From positions 92,596,352 through 92,660,351 of the forward strand of contig NC_068987.1 in assembly GCF_001194135.2 (NCBI RefSeq): DNA of 64,000 nucleotides. Direction: 5' to 3'. Of this stretch, positions 1 to 11,570 are shown in pieces (positions within the stretch are counted from its first letter, which is position 1; every line of letters starts with the position of its first letter). A program made the translations under genes and the position numbers. The stretch comes from Octopus bimaculoides. Lineage: Eukaryota. The notes under the pieces were generated by a model, which saw only the letters and a list, made by a program, of their open reading frames with translations, had not been told where the DNA came from and did not search any database.

Positions 1-737
1 TATATAGTTCCCGTTTTCAATTTAAACAGACAGATATATATCTTTGGATATACATACTCTTTTGTAGGAAAAAAATGTAAATGCTGAATATTCTATTTTA
101 TAGTTGTAAAACTAGTTGTCTAGAGACAGAGAGAAATGCTTAATTATTCATATAGCGACCGAGTTATGTAGCTTGCTATGTAGATTCCTGTTATTTAACA
201 TTTTAGCTCATATATTTTAAACGTAAAATATTTCTGTTATCTTAGTGCTACTTTCATAGTTTCCATACGTATATATTACACGGTTGGAGATAAGAATTCC
301 GGGACAGCTGGTTACTTTTGCAAAGACCATTCAACACATTTCTGATACATATATTTTAGAAACTACGGTGAAACGTATATTTCAACGACTAACGTTAAAT
401 GCAGCTAATGAGTAACTGTAAAATATTATCTACATACATACATATCAGATATTTCACTATCGAATTTATTACCTCAACCAAGCGCCGGCTCATAATTTGT
501 AATGCACCTGCAACAATGTAAACAAAGAGGAGAAGGGGCAGTAAATGGAGTTCGTTGGTAGATTAATCATGGAAATTTTGCTTTCCTCGTCTGCAGGTAG
601 ATGTTCGTTTCAAATCTAGGGAATAAAATTATATTCCCTTCATTTAAAGTCTTGCAATTCATTCATGATATGTTCTATTTTACACCTTGTAATTTTCTTT
701 GTGTATATAATTTGACATTATTATCATTATTATTATT

Positions 738-1178
738 GCCTCCGCACAGCTTCTAAGGCTGGAGATGTACTACAGTGTCAGCTGTTCACTACCAGTGAAC
801 TAAGGTAACACACCTTATTTTTCGAGCACCTTCCAGAGTATTCGTGCGGTTCAAAGCAGTATTACTTTCTGCAAGTGCTCCACTCTTATAGCAGCCGCTA
901 TTTGTTCCGCGTACCTCTCGAGATTTTTGCTCACTGTTCCCAGGGCTCCAAAGATTATTGGTACTGCTGCTATCTTACTCATCGACCAGAACTGCTTAAC
1001 TTCGAAAGCTAACCTGTCATATCTCTCAATGTTTCTTTCTTTCTTATCGCATACCTTGTTGTCAGCTGGGCATGCTATATCTATGATCCAGTATAGTTTC
1101 TTTTCTTTCTCAATTAAGACTATGTCTGGCTTCCTATTCTCTATCTCATGGTCGCACTGAATCATAAAATCCCATAGC

Positions 1179-1180
<2 letters not shown>
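738..1180 (-). mobile_element. R4/Dong-clade non-LTR retrotransposon, 5'-truncated 3' end (RLE endonuclease + 3'UTR)
   Basis: Minus frame LWDFMIQCDHEIENRKPDIVLIEKEKKLYWIIDIACPAD...KIAAVPIIFGALGTVSKNL...LQKVILL has the PD-(D/E)xK RLE motif and the typical R4/Dong C-terminus. The 3'UTR ends in an (AAT)n tail at about 717-737. Confidence 0.9.

Positions 1181-1274
<94 letters not shown>
1179..1274. repeat. (AAT)n followed directly by (ATT)n: inverted microsatellite
   Basis: Read directly; the strand switch is at AATT 1241-1244. Confidence 0.95.
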
Positions 1275-1294
1275 GGTATTATTAGTATTATCAT

Positions 1295-1725
1295 CTTTCA
1301 ATTTTTTTCCATTTTTTGCCGAGTGTCATCCCAACATCTAGGGCAAAGGAACTCACTGTATACATGAGTAGGCCATCAAAATAAGCACATCAGACTGTTC
1401 ATTTACAAAGTCATGTGACAGAAATAGGAGCAGAATAAAGACAGAAAGAAAAAGGTAAGAAGGAAAAAAAAGCAAAGAATGAAAAAAGAAAAAGAAAATG
1501 ATGGGGTTGAAAAGTGGAAAGAAAATAAACAGTGACAATGCTCTTCACAGTTCATGTGATGTACCATCTAAAACAAACTTTTGCACTTCCTGCAGGGATG
1601 ATAAGCCAGTAACCATCCTCAAATAATATTCTGTTCCTTTTCGATCATTCCAAGTGATCCCATAATCACTGGTATTATAACCCTTCTTGAAATGCTACAT
1701 GTTTTCGATTTAGGGCTAAGTTATC
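1295..1725 (-). mobile_element. Second R4/Dong-type 3' fragment (RLE C-terminus + 3'UTR)
   Basis: Minus translation VIIPVIMGSLGMIEK/GTEYYLRMVTGLSSLQEVQKFVLDGTSHEL*RALSL. The 3'UTR runs into the AAT tail at about 1243-1290. Confidence 0.8.
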
Positions 1726-1734
1726 GATCTCACA

Positions 1735-2090
1735 GCGAAACAGCTTTTCTCAATACAAGTGACGTACCAGTTAAAACAATCATTTGCACTTCTTGCACGG
1801 CGTGTATAGCAGTGATCATTCTCAAATAATTTTCAGTTCCTTTTTTGATAATTCAAAGCGCTTCGATAATCATTAGTAGTTTAGCTGCTTTGAGATGCCA
1901 CAATTTTCGAATTCCATATGCAAATCTTTATATTTTCTGAACTTGTCACATAATTTTACCAAAATTATTGTGATCACAAGCAATGCTCATAGATAACATT
2001 TATTATTCTCTTCTTTTAAAATAGTATCTGGTGTATGATGGTTCTGTCTGTATATAGATAGCGTATTCTGTAGGGCTGCAAATAATGATA
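1735..2090 (-). mobile_element. Third R4/Dong-type 3' fragment, degenerate RLE domain
   Basis: With frameshifts: HTPDTILKEENNKC...DKFRKYKDLHM/EIRKLWHLK...IIKKGTENYLRMITAIHAVQEVQMIVLTGTSLVLRKAVSL*. Its last coding segment parallels 1557-1720. Confidence 0.75.
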
Positions 2091-2889
2091 GCTGGGGTTG
2101 TCCATAATTTAAACTAATCGACTACACAGAGCATAAAATTGTGATCTTTACTGTCAACCTAGACAGGCTCGAAAGACAGGGAGCCCGTTACCGAAAACCG
2201 AACGCCTCCGTTCTGAAGCGCAAAGTGTTTTCATAGACTGGATTAGTGAATTAGTTAACGATAAATTGTGATTCTCCCTCAAAATAGCGATTAGAATAGA
2301 AATGATAAGATTTATAAAAAGAATAGCACAAGAAGACATAGGAAGATATATAAGACATTTAGAAAAGGCATTGCGACCGAGGTGCTCTCACCGATATTGG
2401 CACTCGACCTTTTCTTCAACGCGAAACACGAAAGTTGCGTTATCAAAGCTAGGACACGTACCCTTAGACAGGAAGGGAGGATAGTGTCGATGGGTGAGTC
2501 CGAGAGGCAGAGGGATGGTGTGAGAATAAAGCTGCAACTCGACCTTCACCTCACTACGACGGGCACGCGTCTTTTCTTGATTGTTACTTTTTGGCATTGA
2601 AATGTTTTCTACATCGCCTTTGTAACTCGACATCTGAGTGGTACAAATTCGGGACGATTATGATTTTGTGGTCATCAACATTAGATTTTATTGATATTTT
2701 TGTTGGCCATACCACTGTTTATATAGTTTTCTCCCTCTGGCTGTTGGCGTTGTTGTTAATGCTGTCAATGCTACAATCGCAACTGCTACTTTTGGTTTTG
2801 CTGTTGCTGCCATTAATTCCGTTGTGGTTGCATATTACCGCTGGTGGTGCCACAGTTACTGTTGTGGTGACAATGTCAATAGACGTGGG

Positions 2890-3600
2890 GATCATTACAC
2901 TATACTCCACGTGATGATCTGTGGGATTACACAAATGACATTTATGATTTCTGCCCTCAAAAGACACTTATAGCACTCTACCACCTGAGAGATCTGTTAG
3001 TCCTGGTGTATGAAGTATCTTGTTCATTTTGGATGAACAGCTCCATCACTTGACCTCGCGGTGTTTCTTTCTGTAGTCTTTTGATCTGCAGAGTATTATT
3101 CTGTTAGAAAGCCCCATTTCTACAATACCGTATATATCGCGTGGTACAGTAACATTTGGCGGCCTGCATTCGTATCAGTTACGTTTCTATATGCTTTCTA
3201 TATGCTTGATCCATTTGTTTGATATGTTTCAGTTTTCAGGTCTGCTTCTTGTCGGATGGATTGTACATTTTCCCCAAATTTTATCAAGATGTATTTTCTA
3301 ATTTTTACAAAAAATTCAGAGAGTAGATTCTTTTTGTCGCATGGTGTTTGCAATCTCCTCAACTTTGGTCTTGTAAATTGTGATACTTTGAATCTCTTGT
3401 TTCCTTGAATCACCGTTGCTGGTGCTGAGAGCTGAGGTGAAATTTTCAGATCTGTTTTAAATGGACAATTTCGCTTTGTGCTGTTTTTCATGCTTCTTTA
3501 ATTTGTTGAATTCGTGTTAATTCTTGAGGTTGTCTCCATCATTGGTGTTGTTGATTGTGTTGTATTAGTATTGCTTTCCCTAGTTTTTCCTTTTCTCATT
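2890..3600 (-). mobile_element. Degenerate L1/Tx1-like ORF1 (gag-like) remnant
   Basis: Minus frame ...CRPPNVT...VSFEGRNHKCHLCNPTDHHVEYS gives Cx2Cx4Hx4(S), with the last Cys one substitution away (AGT vs TGT). The PPN...EGR layout matches the ORF1 at 16419-17040. Confidence 0.5.
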
Positions 3601-4740
3601 TCTATTCTTTTTGACAGTGTTTTTATTGCTTTTTTGACAGAGGAATAAGGTTAAGAATAAGAATAAGGATAATATACTGAATTATTTTTGGTCATTAGTG
3701 CAAATTCACAAATACGGCATTTCAAATATATATATTTTTAAATTTTGAGGTGAGGAGTATATGGTGTTTCACAATAGGGGTTGTTTAAAACATTTGTGGA
3801 AAGCGCAAAAATAATTCCACATCCTTCATTTCTTTTTGTTTCAATTTAATGTTCCTCCCGAATTCTGTGAGGAAATTTTCTTGAGAATGTGGAGGGAGCA
3901 TCCACGTACTGAGGGTTGTTCGTGTGGAAGAATTGGTAAATAGTCTAAAAGCACTTTTAGACAAAATGTGCGAACTTTTCCCCTATAATTATGTTGCTCG
4001 GAAAGTGTTAATATATTTCTATGGCATTGTGAGTTAGATTTCTTTTGCCTTCAAAATATTTTCGATATTTCTTCCTCTGTTTCTGAACCACAGGAGACTG
4101 TCACATCCTTACACTACAGAGGAATACCGTAACGAAAGATGGTCTTCGCTGCATAATACACGTGATCGAATATACCGTCTTCACCTGTGGATTCTTTATA
4201 GTTGTTTTCTTAAACGGAGTATTAGGAAAGAGTTATGATTTTCCATCATAAGACAAGCTGCAGCCGCTGGCCATTCGGAGCCACTCTATTTAGAGTTTTT
4301 GCAAGAAAAAGGAGTAGAACTGCCGTATGCCTTTGGCATCCCGCTGATGATCTACTTAAAGTGGCTGGCAATATAACTTACACGCACTGATGAAAAATAC
4401 ATACTTCATAATTACTACACGAAAAATAATCAAAAATATATATTTCTAGCGAACAAACAAATGTTTCTTGTTTTGATACTAATCTTGTAATGTCACGAAA
4501 AAGTGTGTTGTAAAATAAATGATGAATATTTTCTGTATATAGAAAACATACTTCATATTTTAATAAATTAGTGTCGTCAGCATATTAATTCACATATCTC
4601 GCACAAATGTTCCTGGCTATATTTCTGCGCATAATCACTGGTAGGTACATAATTTCATACAGTATCTTAGTGTTTACGATACATGTTGAATATGTTTAAC
4701 AATCCCAAGTGTGCTTTTAGTTTCGGAAATATATATATTG

Positions 4741-4794
<54 letters not shown>

Positions 4795-4952
4795 CCTGTC
4801 TGTCTGTTTTTCTGCCTGTCTGCTAATCTAATTATCTAATATATATATACGAATATATATGTATATGCATCTATATATATGTGTGTGTATATATATGCAT
4901 ATATGCATAGTAAATGAAAATTATATATGTATAAATACACACACGCACACAA

Positions 4953-5876
4953 NNNNNNNNNNNNNNNNNNNNNNNNNNNNNNNNNNNNNNNNNNNNNNNN
5001 NNNNNNNNNNNNNNNNNNNNNNNNNNNNNNNNNNNNNNNNNNNNNNNNNNNNNNNNNNNNNNNNNNNNNNNNNNNNNNNNNNNNNNNNNNNNNNNNNNNN
5101 NNNNNNNNNNNNNNNNNNNNNNNNNNNNNNNNNNNNNNNNNNNNNNNNNNNNNNNNNNNNNNNNNNNNNNNNNNNNNNNNNNNNNNNNNNNNNNNNNNNN
5201 NNNNNNNNNNNNNNNNNNNNNNNNNNNNNNNNNNNNNNNNNNNNNNNNNNNNNNNNNNNNNNNNNNNNNNNNNNNNNNNNNNNNNNNNNNNNNNNNNNNN
5301 NNNNNNNNNNNNNNNNNNNNNNNNNNNNNNNNNNNNNNNNNNNNNNNNNNNNNNNNNNNNNNNNNNNNNNNNNNNNNNNNNNNNNNNNNNNNNNNNNNNN
5401 NNNNNNNNNNNNNNNNNNNNNNNNNNNNNNNNNNNNNNNNNNNNNNNNNNNNNNNNNNNNNNNNNNNNNNNNNNNNNNNNNNNNNNNNNNNNNNNNNNNN
5501 NNNNNNNNNNNNNNNNNNNNNNNNNNNNNNNNNNNNNNNNNNNNNNNNNNNNNNNNNNNNNNNNNNNNNNNNNNNNNNNNNNNNNNNNNNNNNNNNNNNN
5601 NNNNNNNNNNNNNNNNNNNNNNNNNNNNNNNNNNNNNNNNNNNNNNNNNNNNNNNNNNNNNNNNNNNNNNNNNNNNNNNNNNNNNNNNNNNNNNNNNNNN
5701 NNNNNNNNNNNNNNNNNNNNNNNNNNNNNNNNNNNNNNNNNNNNNNNNNNNNNNNNNNNNNNNNNNNNNNNNNNNNNNNNNNNNNNNNNNNNNNNNNNNN
5801 NNNNNNNNNNNNNNNNNNNNNNNNNNNNNNNNNNNNNNNNNNNNNNNNNNNNNNNNNNNNNNNNNNNNNNNNNNNN
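4953..5876. other. Assembly gap (first of 14 N-runs; others start near 13412, 15097, 17219, 24373, 32637, 34190, 42664, 43690, 45850, 50998, 56046, 58457, 61150)
   Basis: Runs of N. Most abut (CA)n, (TA)n, (AAT)n or tetranucleotide repeats. Confidence 1.
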
Positions 5877-5898
5877 GACTTTATTACGACTTTTTTAA

Positions 5899-6120
5899 CC
5901 CCAAGAAGACATCTTCTCTAGCTGGTTAACGATGCACAGCTGCATCCTAGATATTGTGACCAAGGGAGCTAACCCCTACCACCTTCTAGCGAATTACCCC
6001 AAAACTAGGCTGTTTTACTGGTCCCATTGCTAGAAGGTCGACGGGGTTCGCTCACCTGCCTGCAATAATTCGGATGCTGGTGAGCATCGTCAACCAGCTA
6101 GAGAAGATATCCTCTTGGGG
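5899..6120. mobile_element. piggyBac-type MITE (222 bp)
   Basis: TTAA on both sides (5895-5898, 6121-6124), CCCC...GGGG termini and an imperfect TIR of about 45 bp (CCCCAAGAAGACATCTTCTCTAGCTGGTTAACGATG / CATCGTCAACCAGCTAGAGAAGATATCCTCTTGGGG). Confidence 0.85.
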
Positions 6121-6284
6121 TTAAAAATTTGCAGTGAAATCTATTCGAATGGAAAACCATGTTGAAATAGCTATGAACATTACTTGTTAATACAACTATT
6201 GCGTTGATCTTTTAGAGAGATTTTAAAACTAGCATGTTGGATCACTTAACTCAACACGTTTTTTTTTTTTCATTCTCTATGTAT

Positions 6285-6370
6285 TTTCTCTTAATCCTTT
6301 CCCTCGAAGAGCATAGGCTCGAAACGTAAAATACTTTTCCATTTTCCCCGAGAGTCAATCTAATACACTT
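6285..6370 (+). mobile_element. Short Penelope-like terminal-repeat fragment abutting the Tigger remnant
   Basis: CTCGAAGAGCATAGGCTCGAAACGTAA resembles the degenerate ..GAAGA..GAAAC motif of PLE terminal repeats; the transposase frame loses similarity here. Confidence 0.35.
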
Positions 6371-6371
6371 C

Positions 6372-7571
6372 CTGGGTATGTTCTTCAGAGCACGGGGGTT
6401 CCGTGCATGATGTACAAGCAATCGCTTTAACTTAAAATCTCCTGCATAATTAACCTCCCCCCCCACCAGCATAATGGTGACACGTACTTTTGAAACCTTG
6501 TAGCCTAGAATAGTTTTCTCATCCTTGAAAATGAATGAACGGTCTGGTAATTTTTTCCAGTACAATCCAGTTCGGGAAGAAATATCTTTAATGAATTAGG
6601 AAATTCCGCTGCTGCTTGTTCGTCAGCTGATGCATTTTCTCATTACTTCTTAATGGAGTGATAACTACTTCGCTCGTTATCATAAACCATCCTTGACTTG
6701 CCTTGAACTCTACATCTTTCTCGTCTTGATATTTTTTCTTCAGGTCTTCAAACAAAGACAACGCTTTCTCTTGAATGATTTCGTGACTAATAGTAGCACG
6801 CTGACAATTCAACCTAACAATCCAAAGAGAAAGAAGATTTTCTATTTCTTCAAAGATTTTTCCCCTTTTCTTATTGATGACAGTGTTCTTCGTCCCTGGG
6901 GCTTCAGAATTGATATGTGATAAAATCTTGTCCTTATTATGTACAATCGTCATTACAGTTGTCCGACTCATCCCAAAAGATCGTGCAATTGCTACCACTT
7001 TTTCATCTTATTCATGGCGTTTTATCACAGCAAGTTTATCTTCCTGTGTTATAGTATGAGGCTTAGCACTTTCATAATGAATTATCGTAAAAGCCATGGG
7101 TGCAAAATTAAAGTCACAAATGAATGTTAAGAGAAAGTAGCCGATAAACAGACGAAAACAAATCTGAATTCATAACAATTGCGGGAATCACGAGTGACGA
7201 CGATGCCTAACGGTAGATATTGGAACTACAGTGTAATATGGGCACCGAAGGACCGATAAATAAGACACCATAGCTGATTTCATGATTTCATTCACTAAGC
7301 TACACTACTTTATGGTGTGTATCTTAACATTTACTGTACGTATTTTAATACGATTCTGTATGTGACTGTTCTTATTTATTGTACAGAAACATGATTTTAT
7401 GTGCTTCTAACGGCTTTCTAGTGATTTTATCAATTCCTATATATGTGGCGGACAGACGTAAAGTCGAGTAAAATGATAACATGGTTTTTATTTTTCCATA
7501 TATTATTTTTGAAAACCGACGTATAATCGAGAACGACATAAATCGAAACTACTTAAGCCGAGATATGCCTG
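6372..7571 (-). mobile_element. Tigger/pogo-family DNA transposon, 5' part with broken transposase
   Basis: HTH and CENP-B-type HTH (VAIARSFGMSRTTVMTIV...LSLWIVRLN...IQEKALSLF...FKASQGWF) plus the DDE_1 start (YWKKLPDRSF...KVRVTIML...GDFKLKRLLVHHARNPRALKNIP). The minus-strand end CAGGCATATCTCG at 7571 resembles a Tigger TIR. Frameshifts, stops and 3' truncation are present. Confidence 0.9.
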
Positions 7572-7762
7572 CCTATATTCTTGAACTTTAATGGATCTTT
7601 AACTGCTCCAATAAATCTCAATACAACGTTCCTGCCATATAATACCGCTTGTAATATTCATAGTATTAGTAATAAATTCTGAGAATTCGCATAGAATTTT
7701 TGTGAGGTTTTAGACAATAATATTTCCTACGTAGTTAACTGCTTCATTTTTTTCTGGCACAG

Positions 7763-7862
7763 ATCTTATGTAGAGTTTACGTTACCGTTCGTGGTTCAAA
7801 GAAATTCACTTATATCCACGACGAAATATCAAGTTTGTACGTACGAAGTCAGATATTGTACG
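7763..7862 (+). other. Candidate host exon (unidentified)
   Basis: Pyrimidine tract + CAG acceptor, ACG|GTAAGA donor, 100 nt, two of three frames open. No homology recognised. Confidence 0.25.
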
Positions 7863-7924
7863 GTAAGATATTTTATCTAATGCATAAAGAAAAACCGTCA
7901 CTATCAGAAAAATGAAATACACAT

Positions 7925-7989
<65 letters not shown>

Positions 7990-10664
7990 GAGGAACACAC
8001 ATGTTTCTGCTCGTATAATAGAAGGTTAAACAAATATTTTAAGGTACAGAAACAAAGAAAATAACGATAAATTATTTAAAAATCAAAATGAAATTTCATA
8101 ATTAGAAAATTGATTCGAGTTATTATTGAAATAAATTTCTTTGAAAATAAAGAAGTATGTCAGTGACAAGTTGCTTAACTGTTACCACACGAAAATGGTG
8201 TTAACCGCTTGCACGCTACTTGCATGCACGCAAGCCTTGCGGTCCAGTTTAACAAGTTTCTATTATAGACCTTTTGAATTCTAAAATTATCTTCGCATTA
8301 TTTCTCTCAGGCTTCCAGCTCCTTTTCACCGGATTTTGATCCTGCATTCAACTGGATTACATTGTTGCTTTGGTTTTTGAGTAATTCTGTAATAGTGTTT
8401 TATTTCATGGAATTTGTGAATAATATTGTTGCCTCTTATGGTTCCCCTGCGATCAAATCAGTGAACACTATGTTAACGATGTGCAAAATTTTAAAAAAAT
8501 AAATAAATACAAGAATGTGTTTTTTCGATGCAGCAAATTATTGCTTGCAAATATTGGTAATCATGTGGACACACACACGTTGCACATACATGCCGATATG
8601 TTTGTGTGTGAGCGTGTGTGTGCATATGTCAAGATATACAAACATACATAGAAGTCTATACTATAATGGATAAAGCTATTTATTAATTAGGTATGTAAGA
8701 ATTACTAAAAGTACCAAAAGAAAACAATTATTAAAGGGTTGACCGTCTGGAAATAGTTTTATGAATTCATGTTCTAAGAAATTTCCTATAATATCGATTT
8801 CTCAGGTATATTGAATTTTTTAAACTCCAGTTTCTCGCAGATTTAAAAATTCATTGCGTCCAATTCATCACAAATTTAAATATTCATTGCATTCAATGCG
8901 GAGTATTGCATTTTCATTTGCAAAGTCTCTCACTTCCTCTTTTAAGTTTTAATTCGCTATTAGTGTATTCGTAATGTAAGAATCTTATTTCTTGAATGAA
9001 CATTTTTACTATACCTGTATAATTTTTGAACACGGAATGGCTGTGAGAAGAGGCTAGAAAGTTGGGTAATTACTATTAGAAGACGAGGAGAAAAAAATAA
9101 GTTATCGACAAGCACCCGAAACTTGCACCTTATTCACAGTTTCCAAACGCAACTTCACTAATAGACACTCGCAAACACACATAGATACACATAAACTCAA
9201 ATGAAAGTCAATGAATGTGTGTATTGTGTGTGCGCGCGCGCGTGTGTTTGTGCTATTCACTGACAAAACGTCATGCTGCATCAGTTCTGTGAAGTTTCCG
9301 CAGTGAACAGGTCGCGGTTTGAAAACGAAGAAAATGTTTTAACACAAATGAAGTGTTAAAGCTAAAGTGAAACTAACGGTATTAGTGTGTTTTTGAATGG
9401 TTTGCAAACATCTTCCACACTGCAATTGTTTTCGTTTAAGCACCCGATCTCAGATCAATTCCCTTGCTATGTAAGTATATCTCCGTAATTTTTTAAAATC
9501 ACTTTAGATAGATGCCAGCAATGACCTCCTCAGTTTCTCCAATATATTAATTTCTAAACAGAAACAATCGGGAGCATGGATTGGGGTTGCAAAAAATTCA
9601 TAATTTCTCAAATTTTCGATTTCATAGCAAATAAATGTAGTTATGGGGGAAATATTGAAAAACATCAATTCAAGTGAGAGTGATACAGAAACGAGGAGTG
9701 CTGTCTTTTGGATGTGCTAGAAACGACAGCCAAATCGTCCTTAAATAACTTTTCCCTTTGAAAATATTAACAATAAAACATTTTTTTTACTGAAAATACT
9801 CTTCCCATGGTTTAGAAGCGCCCAAAAGATTATAAGAAATGATGTTTGCTTTTGTTGTAAGTGCCTTAGTATAGAAGGTGTGAAATTGTTAATTACATAT
9901 CTACAGACGTTAGTATACAAACACTTAGGTGTTTACTAACAAATACCGGAGTTTATATGGGAGGGCCACATCTTGAATTCTGTGGCACGTACATATTTGT
10001 TTTCATTAGGCATGACATAGATTTGAAGAATAATAATGATATACTCATTTCCGTTGTAATGTGGTGGTCAGAATGCTCATATTTGATATCTTGAAGAGAA
10101 CATTGGCAGTATGTTTAGTTGTTGCTTAATATTTATTCCTTCTGAAACGTGGATGTTCTGTTTAAATAAACTGTACTGCTGTAGTTGCCATGAAAGAAAA
10201 TCTAATATCGACTTTTGGTGCAAAAGGCACTCTTTTAGAGCGAATGCCACCTCCAGCGCCGTGATCACGTCATTTCGAACTTGTTTGGTCTTGTAAATGA
10301 TGGACACTCGACTAAATATAGACAGCAGTGATTGACCTCCTTGGAAGCAATATGTATATATTATCTAGTCGTTAGTACATCATCCGTTGATTACGCTACT
10401 CATGAGATCTAAACGACGATAATTAGGCTACTTTGAATTAAAATTCACTGCTACCTTATTTTCATTAATTGATTAACTAATTAATTATTTAATAATTATG
10501 CTGTGTTTGGTAGAGCTTTCTCGAGGGTTTGATCTTTTATACAGGGAAAAGTTAAACATATCAAGCCTAATAATTCATGTCCTATAATACGAGTACTTTC
10601 GCTCATAATAAAATTTCCGTTAAAAATTTTATATAAATGGTCGAATCATTGCAGGTACTGTTCA

Positions 10665-10778
10665 CTGGGCGAGTGAAGTAACTACAGTAATCAATAGATT
10701 TTGTCTTGATTCGAAATGAACCAAGATCTACTCCAACATTAACTCTTTTGGAATCGATAAAATAAGCAATGGTAATTC
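10665..10778 (+). mobile_element. Highly degenerate tRNA-SINE (family of 21709-22150)
   Basis: CCAAGATCTAC...CTTTTGGAATCGATAAAATAAGC aligns by eye to CCGAGGTCGAC...CCTTTCGGGGTCGATAAATTAAGT. Confidence 0.4.
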
Positions 10779-11162
10779 TATATTGATATATCTTGCCCTC
10801 ATCTACTGCAACACTTCTATAAAATTTGGCCATGTGCCTGGTGAAATAAATCATTATTTATATATTAGTAATTTTACTCTTTGTTGTAGTTTTACTGCAA
10901 TAAGCATGAATAGTCGAACTGCTTGTGATAATAATGGTGCCTATACTAGAGACCGTGGTGATGGTTGTGACGTGACCTTTTATTTCCACCATTTTAGGAA
11001 CCAAACATTTCCAACATAACATTTGAAAGTTAATGCTGTTTGGACAAATGGATGGAAGAAAGATTGGTTTGATTGATGCGAGAGATGGTTAATTTGTTGA
11101 TGATGACGTTGAGGAAGGAGAGAAAAATGAGGGTTACGCATTGATGGAGGTGGGAAGGCAAT

Positions 11163-11199
11163 GATACTACTCCTCCTCCTCCTCCTCCTCCTCCTCCTC

Positions 11200-11250
<51 letters not shown>

Positions 11251-11570
11251 ATGATGATAATAATAATAATGATAATAATGATGATAATAATAATAACAAT
11301 AATGATGATGATAATTAAGATATTTTTGGCAGTAATTATGAAGTTCATAATGATGAGGAGAAAGTAGTTCTAGAAGTAGTAGTAGCAGTGGTGTAGTTGT
11401 TGGTGGTAGTAGTAGATATATGAAGAAGAGAACAATGAGGATGTTGTTGCTGGGTGTGATGGTAGTCGGTAGTAGGGATGGTGATATTGACGACAACGAT
11501 GATGATGACGACGACGATGATAATGAAGAAAAGAGGAGGCGGAGAAGAAGGATGATGGTTATGATGATGA
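11163..11570. repeat. Compound trinucleotide microsatellite / low-complexity tract (CTC, CTA, ATA/ATG, GTA, GAT/GAC)
   Basis: Read directly; it accounts for the poly-S/R/L/V ORFs in the track. Confidence 0.95.
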
